Below, in pieces: positions 56,638-64,000 of a stretch of DNA of 64,000 nt (within the stretch, counting starts at the first letter, position 1; every line of letters begins with the position of its first letter). Made by a program: the position numbers and the translations under genes. Source of the DNA: an uncultured Actinomycetota bacterium (lineage in GTDB: Bacteria > Actinomycetota > Actinomycetes > JAFAQI01); the NCBI GenBank assembly GCA_963770565.1, contig CAVYQE010000001.1, forward strand, positions 352,001 to 416,000, given 5' to 3'. The notes below the pieces were generated by a model. That model was given only the letters and a program-made list of their open reading frames with translations, searched no databases and was not told the origin of the DNA.

Positions 56638-57833
56638 TCATCGTCGCAGGGCCTCGACTGGCTCCAGCCGAGCACCTTGAGGGCGGGGTAAAGGCCAGCG
56701 ATCAGTCCGGTGGCCATTCCGGCTAGCGGTGCGAGTGCGATCACGGTGATATCGAGGGCAGGGATCCAGTGTCGGAGGGTGCTGACGACGACGATGGCGA
56801 TGACACCGATGGCGCAGCCGATGACGCCACCGAGGATGCCGAGCAGCCCGCTTTCGATCAGGAACTGTCCGGCAATGTGTCGGCGTTGCGCGCCGAGGGA
56901 GCGCCGGAGTCCGATTTCATCGGTGCGTTCCAGGACGGAGACGAGGGTGGTGTTGCCGATCCCGACCATCCCGATGAGTAGCGAGATTCCGGCGAGGATG
57001 AGGAACAGGTCGTTGAGGTCGGCGTTGACGGCGTTACGGATAAGGGTCGCGTTCGGGGGTGCGGTGGCCAGCACACGCTCGGGGTCGTTCGGATGAAGCA
57101 CAGCAGGTATCTCGGAGGCGACGGTTCCGGCCGCGCCGGGGAGGGTGGCAACGATGGCTTGTGCCCCGTCCGGTGTGTAGCCCCAGGTCCGAACCGCGGT
57201 GCTCTGCGGGATCATGACGGAGAGCAGAGCGTCTGGTCGGCGCTGATCGTTGCGAAGAATGCCGACGACGAGGAACGGCTGACCGCCGATGAATACGGCG
57301 GGTTGTTCGGACAGTGAGGGAAGACCGAGCGAGGTGGCAACAGACGATCCGAGGACCGCCACCTGCTCGTGGTGGGCTTCCTCGAATGCGGTGATCGGGC
57401 CGCCCGCTGAGAAGCTGGATTGCAGCACGCTGAATGCATCTGGTGTCGCCGCGTCGACGGTCGCCGTGTTTGGGGCGATGATCTGCTGTTCGTATGCGGC
57501 ATTTCCGGTGGTGATGTGTGCGTCGCCAATCTGGACTTGCCAGAAGGCGCCGGCTGCCGTGACGCCGCGGAGCCTGCCGAGGGTGCGCTCGAACCCGTCG
57601 GGGAACGCGGGGTTGGTGGCGGCGAGGGCGGGTTTGGCGTCTTGCAACGTCACTGATGTGGCGAGTAGCGCATTGAACTTTTCGTTGACTTCGTCGTGTG
57701 CGGTGGCGGTGAACCCGAGGACGGCGACGAGGGCGGCGGTGCCCAGGACGGTGCCTAGCGCAGTCAGCGCCGAGCGGGCAGGGCGCCAGCTGATACCGGA
57801 GGTCGCTTCGGCGAGCAGATCACGGAGCTTCAT
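56638..57833 (-). CDS. MacB/FtsX-type ABC transporter permease; probable 1-nt indel near 56675
   Basis: 'RSALTALGTVLG', 'SLLIGMVGIGNT..SVLERTDEIGLRRSLGA', 'GLYPA..RLEPVEALRR*'. Confidence 0.92.
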
Positions 57834-58525
57834 CCGCTGAGCATCCGTCCGTCCTGCATCCGAATCAGGCGGCTCGCGTGGCGGGCGACGTCAGGGTCGT
57901 GGGTAGCGATGATGATGGTGGTGCCGGCCCGATTGAGCTGGTCGAGCAGGTTCATGACACCCGCTGAGTTGGTCGAGTCAAGGTTGCCAGTCGGTTCGTC
58001 GCAGATGACTAGTGCGGGTTCAACTGCGAGCGCCCGGGCGATCGCCACCCGTTGCCGTTCACCGCCCGAGAGTTGGGTCGGTACGGCGTGGGCGCGATGG
58101 TCGAGCCCGACTGAGGCCAACGCGTCCATGGCACGGTCTTTACGGTCGCGGTGGGATGTGCCGCTGTAGAGCAGCGACATCTCGACGTTCTCGATCGCCG
58201 AGCGGTAGGGAATGAGATGAAAGGCCTGGAAGACGAAACCGATCCGTCGTCCTCGTAGCTGGGTTCGGGCGGCGTCACCGATTGTGGTGGCGTCACGATC
58301 CTCGAACCAAACCCGTCCAGAGGTGGGTGGGTCGAGCAGACCGATCAGGTTGAGCAGGGTGGACTTTCCTGACCCGGACGCGCCCATCAACGCCAGGAAC
58401 TCACCCGACGGGACGCGGAGGGTAAGTGGTTGGACCGCGACGAGCGGCGGCGGACCCGGGTATGCCTTCATCACGCCGTCGAGGTGCACGACTGGCGCGG
58501 TCGTTGTCATAGAGGCGAGGCTCAT
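57830..58525 (-). CDS. ABC transporter ATP-binding protein
   Basis: 'GASGSGKST', 'LSGGERQRVAIARAL', 'CDEPTGNLD', 'ATHD'. Confidence 0.96.
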   Translation of the reverse strand: MSLASMTTTAPVVHLDGVMKAYPGPPPLVAVQPLTLRVPSGEFLALMGASGSGKSTLLNLIGLLDPPTSGRVWFEDRDATTIGDAARTQLRGRRIGFVFQAFHLIPYRSAIENVEMSLLYSGTSHRDRKDRAMDALASVGLDHRAHAVPTQLSGGERQRVAIARALAVEPALVICDEPTGNLDSTNSAGVMNLLDQLNRAGTTIIIATHDPDVARHASRLIRMQDGRMLSG

Positions 58526-59664
58526 CGGGCGATGAGAACGTTCACGCCGGCCGCCAGTGCCCCGCTAGGGGACGGATGAACCTCGACGTAGCCATCCCCG
58601 GACACGCCGACCGTCACCGGTACTGCGGTCGGTGTCTGCTGGTCGACGGACTCGACGTAGACCTCGGCGGTGCCAGCGGCGGTAGTCGAGATCGCGGACG
58701 CGGGCACAGCGAGCACCGGCCCGGGAGTACGGGCGAGGATGACAGTGACAACCACAGGGTCAGCCCACAACGACTCGCGCAGCGGACGGGTCGGGGTAAT
58801 CGTGATGGCGCCGCTACCCGTGATCGATTTGATCTTTCCGGTGCCGTGGCCTGATGCGCCGGTGACGCTCCATCGAACCCGGTCACCTACCTTCAGTGAG
58901 CCGCCGGGTTGATCGAGTCTTGCCGCGATGACGTGCGGACCGTCAGAAACCACGATCTTCGACGCAGCGGGGGATGCGCCGAGCTTGATCCGGTTGGTGA
59001 TGACCCGCGCGGGAAGCGTAGGGGTGAATACGATCGCTGTGCGCGGAAGGTAGACCTGTGGTTTCGGGTGGGGCTTCTTGTCGCTCGGGGCTGACGCGTC
59101 CGGGTTCAGCCCGGTCGGTGCGGTGTAGCCCCGGTCAAGGAACAACGACGCCACAGCGTCACTCGTCGCGGCGTCGAACGTTCCTGTCGTAACGCTCAAC
59201 AGGCCGAGTCGTTGCAGCGATTGCTGTAACTGCAGGACATCGCCGCCCGAGTCACCGACATACAGCGTCCGGTACGCGGGCACCGAGCCTTCGAGCAGGA
59301 AGACCGGCTGCCCTGATACTTCGGTAAGGACGTCGCCCTCGGTCAGTGTCTGTCCAAGGTGCGTCAAGACCTTTGAGATCACCGCGATCCCGCCGTTCGC
59401 CACGTCCACGTCATCGGGGATGCTCAGTGTGGTTTGGTCGCTTGGCTTCACGCGGCCTGACGCGGTGTCGCTATCCTCGACCACTCTCATCCGCACGGGC
59501 GCCGTCAGTTGCATGCGGATACTCGCTGCGCTCTGAAGTCGCGGCGGATGCTGGGTGTCCCGCCCGACCCAGAACGCGACCGCGGCCAGCCCGACCGCGA
59601 CGACCACGAACCCGATCAGGGTTCGCCGACCTTTCCGAACCGGCGAGGCTGACGCTTGGCTCAC
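58522..59664 (-). CDS. Membrane-fusion/adaptor protein with peptidoglycan-binding domain
   Basis: TM anchor; 'EVSGQPVFLLEGSVPAYRTL..GDSGGDVLQLQQSL..G.FDAATSDAV'; 'LAVPASAI'; 'VTVGVSGDGYVEV'. Confidence 0.85.
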   Translation of the reverse strand: MSQASASPVRKGRRTLIGFVVVAVGLAAVAFWVGRDTQHPPRLQSAASIRMQLTAPVRMRVVEDSDTASGRVKPSDQTTLSIPDDVDVANGGIAVISKVLTHLGQTLTEGDVLTEVSGQPVFLLEGSVPAYRTLYVGDSGGDVLQLQQSLQRLGLLSVTTGTFDAATSDAVASLFLDRGYTAPTGLNPDASAPSDKKPHPKPQVYLPRTAIVFTPTLPARVITNRIKLGASPAASKIVVSDGPHVIAARLDQPGGSLKVGDRVRWSVTGASGHGTGKIKSITGSGAITITPTRPLRESLWADPVVVTVILARTPGPVLAVPASAISTTAAGTAEVYVESVDQQTPTAVPVTVGVSGDGYVEVHPSPSGALAAGVNVLIAR

Positions 59665-60698
59665 GAGTTTCCCGCGAGCAGCGCTTTCGCGCGTGCCACC
59701 GCCTGGGTCTCGAACTGCTCAAGGGTCAAGATCTCGCCTTGCACGGTGGCCGACATCCGGTGCAGGTACTTGTCCTGCACTTGCGCGGTGATCGCTCGGA
59801 GCCTGGACGTCGCGTCGCACTTCGCGTCCGCGTCCGCGATCCTGATCTCCTGCTGGTGGATCGACGGCTGCGGGCCGTGGGCGGCGTATTCCTGTTGCAG
59901 CTTCCCGATCGCCTGACCTGGCGATGTGTAGGAGAACCCCGCTTGTCTCATGCAGACTTGCCACTGTTGGCCCGCGACCACGTAGGCGTGATTTCCCTGC
60001 ACCTGCTGAGAAATCTGGTTGTGCAGGATCTGTGGCTCCATCTGGAGCTCCGCTTGTTCGGAGAGGCTGCCGTAAATCTGCTTCTCCGCCGCCCCGAGGC
60101 ACCCGCCCGTAGCGAACCCGATTTGGGCGACGCCGGGCAACGTGACCGAACCGTGGTCTGAGGGAGAACCCTCAAAAGCGCGCGAGTACGCCTTCTGTTG
60201 CGCGGCTGGTAAGGACAGGACGTAGCGGTCCTGCTCATCTGAGGGCGGCCCGCCGAACACGCCCGCCGATGCGCTGGCCGGCAACTGAACGGAGGTTCCA
60301 AGCGCGTTGTTAGTGGCATTCGTTTCTGCTTGAGCGAATAGCCCGTACCCGTCGGCCGGATGGGGAGAGATCTGATCAGCCGTTGCCGTGTCGGTCGCTG
60401 GAAGTGGACCGAAGTCGGGCTCGTAATAGCGGAAGCCATGCGACGCCATGCAGCGCCGGACGAGTTCGGATTGAACGCGTCCCAGGTACCACTGGTCTTG
60501 CTCGGCTTGGACGGTCCCGCCGAGGATGCTTTCTGACAGCAGTGCAGCAGACGCATCCGAGCTCACTCCCCGCGAATTCGTCACCGACGGATGCGGGGAG
60601 GCACCGGATTGGTTGGTATGTGACGAGTTGTTGCTCCCTCCGCAGGCACTAAGCAGCACAAGCAAGGCAATTGGCACTGCTCGCACAATCCTGGTCAT
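59661..60698 (-). CDS. Lipoprotein with paired Cys motifs
   Basis: Lipobox 'LLSAC'; 'RCMASHGFRY', 'GGCLGAA', 'WQVCMRQAGFSY', 'EIRIADADAKC'. Confidence 0.85.
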   Translation of the reverse strand: MTRIVRAVPIALLVLLSACGGSNNSSHTNQSGASPHPSVTNSRGVSSDASAALLSESILGGTVQAEQDQWYLGRVQSELVRRCMASHGFRYYEPDFGPLPATDTATADQISPHPADGYGLFAQAETNATNNALGTSVQLPASASAGVFGGPPSDEQDRYVLSLPAAQQKAYSRAFEGSPSDHGSVTLPGVAQIGFATGGCLGAAEKQIYGSLSEQAELQMEPQILHNQISQQVQGNHAYVVAGQQWQVCMRQAGFSYTSPGQAIGKLQQEYAAHGPQPSIHQQEIRIADADAKCDATSRLRAITAQVQDKYLHRMSATVQGEILTLEQFETQAVARAKALLAGNS

Positions 60699-61309
60699 GG
60701 CGCGACGCATCCGAGGAAGCCCCCGCGCGAGGCAGTCCAAGTACCCGCGGAGTCCGGTTCGACGACCAGCGACACGGCCGCGCGTGCTGGCTGGCTCGGG
60801 CCCGCAGAGAAAGTCTCCTCGATCCATTCCGATCCGGCCGGCGGCCTCGCGCCGCTCAGCAGGAACCGTCCAGTACCCCCGATCGTCTCATCGGCGTGCG
60901 TGCCGCCACCCGCACCGGTGTTCACCAGGATCGGGATCCACTTCGCTCTGTCGCTCGGCAGTCTGAGTCCAGTTGTCGCGGAGGCGCTGTGATCAATGCT
61001 CACGTTGGGCAACTGGCCAGAGGAGCAACCGAACACCCGAAGTCCGTTACCCACAGGTGTGGCCGACGCGCTCGGCCTCACTCCCCCCAGCTGGGCAACT
61101 GAGCCACTTGATGTTTGGTTGCCCAATGTGAAGGAACCGACCGCGACAGCGATCGCCGCGACCGCCGCGGCGATCCCCACAGCGGTGTACTGGCGCCGAG
61201 CCATCCGTCGGCTGCGAGCGTAGACACCGCTGAGCAAATCAGTTGGCGGTCGAGCCGCAGCTGCCTGTTCCGTCAAGCACTCGCGGAGCAGGGTTTCAAC
61301 GTTGCTCAT
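60695..61309 (-). CDS. Putative anti-sigma factor (single TM)
   Basis: 'VETLLRECL..PPTDLL..ARSRRMARR' followed by the TM 'TAVGIAAAVAAIAVAV'; directly downstream of the ECF sigma gene. Confidence 0.7.
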   Translation of the reverse strand: MSNVETLLRECLTEQAAAARPPTDLLSGVYARSRRMARRQYTAVGIAAAVAAIAVAVGSFTLGNQTSSGSVAQLGGVRPSASATPVGNGLRVFGCSSGQLPNVSIDHSASATTGLRLPSDRAKWIPILVNTGAGGGTHADETIGGTGRFLLSGARPPAGSEWIEETFSAGPSQPARAAVSLVVEPDSAGTWTASRGGFLGCVAP

Positions 61310-61850
61310 GGCATCCTCCAGTAACGAGATCTGACGCTGTGGCTTCGGCCGCGGCTTCGACTGCCGAACGCAATCGAGCCAGCGCCTTGGATATGTGCGC
61401 CCGCACCGTGCCGGGCGAGCAGGACAACAGAAGCCCGATCTCGCTGTCGTCGAGGTCTTCGTAGAACCGCAAGACAAGAACCGCGCGCTGCCGCGGCGGC
61501 AACGTTCCGAGTAGAGACCACATCTCGGCGCGTGCTTCCGTCGTCGCAGAGTGCGGGGCGACCGGCCGTTCAGGGATCTCCGCGGTCGGCTGCTCCATCC
61601 ACGACCGGCGACGACGCCACGAAAGCAGCTGGTTGAGCATGATCTTGCGGACGTAGGCGTCAGGGCTGTCATACCGACCGCCTTGCGCCCAGTGCCGGTG
61701 CAGCCGAGCCAGACCCTCTTGCGCGAGATCCTCGGCCAGCTGATGATCCCGCACCATCAGGAACGCCAATCGGACCAGAGCGGGGCCACGCGCCCTCGCG
61801 AAATCATCGAAGCCGGAGCCGGCCAGCTCGATGCTTTTCCCGCCGCTCAT
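61296..61850 (-). CDS. ECF RNA polymerase sigma factor (actinobacterial SigE family)
   Basis: 'FDDFARARGPALVRLAFLM', 'AEDLAQE', 'LPPRQRAVLVLRFYEDL', 'GTVRAHISKALARLR'. Confidence 0.93.
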   Translation of the reverse strand: MSGGKSIELAGSGFDDFARARGPALVRLAFLMVRDHQLAEDLAQEGLARLHRHWAQGGRYDSPDAYVRKIMLNQLLSWRRRRSWMEQPTAEIPERPVAPHSATTEARAEMWSLLGTLPPRQRAVLVLRFYEDLDDSEIGLLLSCSPGTVRAHISKALARLRSAVEAAAEATASDLVTGGCHEQR

Positions 61851-62077
61851 ACCTCTAGTGACGCACTGACCGGCCGATTTGTAGCCTCCGCGATCCGTCC
61901 TGATCGTCGGTCCGCACTCGGCCCCGCTCTGCTGCGCACTTCTAGACGCTGGTACCCCCGTGGCTCGTTGCTTGCCCGTCCGGAGGGCTCGCAGGGAGCC
62001 GCGGCCGCCAATGGCTGCGTCGCGCCTCCGACCGGGCCGGAAAAGCACCAGCCGACGCAGGCCCGAGCGGGTCGCTT

Positions 62078-62125
62078 GTCAGCTTTTCAAACTGACAGTG
62101 CGGGTTCGATTCCCGTCACCCGCGC
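62078..62125 (+). other. Degenerate 3' half of tRNA-Gly(TCC)-like gene; putative att site
   Basis: gtcag-cttttcaaa-ctgac anticodon arm, gcggg-ttcgatt-cccgt T arm, cacccgc acceptor 3' strand; no D arm or 5' acceptor strand. Confidence 0.75.
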
Positions 62126-62290
62126 GTCTGTCACCCGCACGACGCTCCGCCGCAGGCTCAGAAGGCTGCCCACGGCCCCCGGTCGTTCGCAGGTACCCGC
62201 TCCGAACTCGCGTGCCCGGCTGCGTGCCCGATCATGCGTACGACACGAGAGGCGCAATGGCGACGACCGCCACCGCACGCGGTTCGGGAC

Positions 62291-62345
62291 TTGACAGCCA
62301 CACCTCCGCAGCCGATAGTAGGAGTTATTAGGACCTAATAGGAGT
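62291..62345 (+). promoter_or_regulatory. Sigma70-type promoter with overlapping palindromic operator and RBS
   Basis: TTGACA (62291)-17 nt-GATAGT (62314); TATTAGG-A-CCTAATA (62326-62340); AGGAG 6 nt before ATG 62351. Confidence 0.65.
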
Positions 62346-62350
62346 CAGCC

Positions 62351-63733
62351 ATGTCGGTATCAAGCCTGCACGACGCACCCCACAGCCTTACCGAGACGTG
62401 CCCGTGGTGCGAACAACCGGTAAGCCACGCAAAGTTCGAAGAGATCCACGAACGGATCAAGGCAAACGAGCGCGCGCAGACGAGGGCGATCGAGCGCCGG
62501 CTCAACGAAGAGCACGAGCGCAAGGTCTCCGAGGCAAAGGCGCGCGCTGACGCCGAGGTCGCCAAGGCCAAGAAAGTCGCCGCAGATGCAATCCTCCGCG
62601 CGGCGAAACAAAATGGGGCGGACATCGAGACCGCGCGGCAGACGGCCGTCAAGCAGACGCAGGATGAAAGTGCCGCCAGGATCAAAGCCGCGGAAGACGC
62701 CAAGGCGTTCGCCGATAAGCAGGTCGTCGTCGAGCGGGCAGTTGCGGCCGAGGCCGTGATGAAAGCTAAGCAAGAAGCCGACGCTGCGGTGGCACTCGCG
62801 GCCGAGCAGGCCGAAGCTGCCGTCGTCGTCGCGCGCACGACAGCCCTGACCGAAGCCGCCGAGAAAGGCGCGGCCAAGATCAAAGCCGCGGAAGACGCTA
62901 AGACCCTTGCCGACAAGCAGCTCGTCGACGAACGGGCAGCAGCGGCCGCGAGACTGTCCGAGCAGCGCGAAGCACTCGAGAACCACAGCGCCGAACTCCT
63001 CGCGGCCGAGAAGGCCCGAGCCTTCCAAGACCAGCAAAAGTGGGAACGCAAGATCGACGATCTGAAACGCCAGGTCCAGAACAAGACCGCCGGTGAACTC
63101 GGCGAGGGAGCCGAGCTCGACCTCTTCGAAGAGTTGAAGCGCGAGTATCCGACGGACGACATTCGACGCGTGAAAAAGGGCCTGCCTGGCGCTGACATCG
63201 TTCACAACATCATCGAGCACGGCGCGATCGTGGGCTGTGTGGTGTACGACGCGAAGAACCGGTCGCAATGGCGTAACGACTACGTGACCAAGCTTCGTGT
63301 GGATCAACTCGCGGCAAAGGCTGACCACGCGATCCTCGCCACTCGGGTGTTCCCGTCGGGAACCGCGCAGCTCGCCACGCAGGACGGCGTTATCGTCGCC
63401 AATCCGGCCCGGGTCGTCGAGCTGGCTCGCCTCATTCGCGGGCACGTGACCCACGTGGCGACGCTTCGCCTCAGTGAGTCCGACCGAGCCGAGAAAATGG
63501 CCGCCGTCTACGACTTCGTCACCTCGGATCGGTGCAATCAGCTCTTCGCGCAGATGGACAACGTCTCGGACAACATGCTTGAACTCGACACAAAGGAGAT
63601 GAAGGCGCACAACGACACCTGGAAGAAGCGAGGAGAGCTGCTCAGGTCGTTGCAGAAAACGCAGGGAACCCTCACAAACGAGATCAGTATGATCGTCGCC
63701 GCCACCGCTGCGCCGGCAAAGCCGACGCCATGA
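62351..63733 (+). CDS. DUF2130 domain protein (CPxC, long coiled coil, PD-(D/E)XK-like C-terminus)
   Basis: 'TCPWC', Ala/Glu/Lys coiled coil, 'ELGEGAELDL..L..EYPTDDIRRVKKGLPGADIV..YDAKN..W...YVTKLRVDQ..KADHAIL'. Confidence 0.85.
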   Translation: MSVSSLHDAPHSLTETCPWCEQPVSHAKFEEIHERIKANERAQTRAIERRLNEEHERKVSEAKARADAEVAKAKKVAADAILRAAKQNGADIETARQTAVKQTQDESAARIKAAEDAKAFADKQVVVERAVAAEAVMKAKQEADAAVALAAEQAEAAVVVARTTALTEAAEKGAAKIKAAEDAKTLADKQLVDERAAAAARLSEQREALENHSAELLAAEKARAFQDQQKWERKIDDLKRQVQNKTAGELGEGAELDLFEELKREYPTDDIRRVKKGLPGADIVHNIIEHGAIVGCVVYDAKNRSQWRNDYVTKLRVDQLAAKADHAILATRVFPSGTAQLATQDGVIVANPARVVELARLIRGHVTHVATLRLSESDRAEKMAAVYDFVTSDRCNQLFAQMDNVSDNMLELDTKEMKAHNDTWKKRGELLRSLQKTQGTLTNEISMIVAATAAPAKPTP

Positions 63734-64000
63734 CGCAGCCACAAGCCGAAGCGGGCTCGTCCGTGGGTCGCGTCGCCGCCTTTCAGGAACGCCGACTGGG
63801 TGGAACGGTCCTGCGGACACGGCGAGCGCGCGTGGACATCGACGAGCTAATTCCCAACGAGCGGCAGCCGCGCCTCGGCGCTAAGGAAGACGAGGAGCTT
63901 CAACGTCAGATCGACGCAAACGAGGGACTCTTCGAGCCGCTGCTCGTTGAGCCTCATCCAGATATCGCCGACAAACTTCGGATCATTGATGGTGAGCGTC
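63730..64000 (+). CDS. ParB/Srx N-terminal domain protein; runs off the window edge
   Basis: ATGA overlap; 'VDIDELIPNERQPR..EELQRQIDANEGLFEPLLVEP..RIIDGER'. Confidence 0.88.
   Translation, partial: MTQPQAEAGSSVGRVAAFQERRLGGTVLRTRRARVDIDELIPNERQPRLGAKEDEELQRQIDANEGLFEPLLVEPHPDIADKLRIIDGER

Noticed and set aside
62050-62130. Intact tRNA gene (Glu/Gly) or recoding tRNA
   Set aside because: No D arm, no correctly spaced 5' acceptor strand and no CCA; best read as an att fragment
46321-64000. Genuine integration of an actinobacterial element into the Planctomycete GNAT gene
   Set aside because: The junction is inside the relaxase rather than at an att end, and the GNAT 3' half does not reappear after the att scar; a chimera is more parsimonious pending read evidence

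Overview
The window has two parts of different origin, joined at about 46320/46321. Bases 1-46320 are GC-rich chromosomal DNA with Planctomycete signatures: a DUF1559 protein, the 'CHKPLYFEEVNLERYGH' family, a Ser/Thr kinase, guaB, aceE-aceF and manA-psd-pssA-ribE-rsmA. Many of these genes carry 1-nt indels typical of a noisy long-read consensus. The intergenic DNA is packed with several REP/REPIN palindrome families and two CTAG-targeting MITE-like elements, which are nested inside a REP at 11.07-11.46 kb. Bases 46321-64000 look actinobacterial and hold an integrative mobilizable element. It comprises a tyrosine integrase, an excisionase, a MobF/TrwC relaxase-helicase, an oriT-like region, a Zn-finger protein, a HEPN-like orphan and an ECF sigma/anti-sigma/lipoprotein/MacAB-type cassette. 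It is bounded on the right by a degenerate 3' half of tRNA-Gly (att site). Its relaxase-xis-int end is present twice as a ~3 kb inverted repeat. The apex has fold-back microhomology, but the arms differ at synonymous sites, so this is probably a chimeric join of two alleles. Right of the att site is a translationally coupled pair: a DUF2130 protein (coiled coil plus PD-(D/E)XK-like tail) and a ParB-domain gene, behind a promoter with a palindromic operator. This pair is the best candidate for an undescribed system. All family assignments come from motif recognition by eye; no database search was run.
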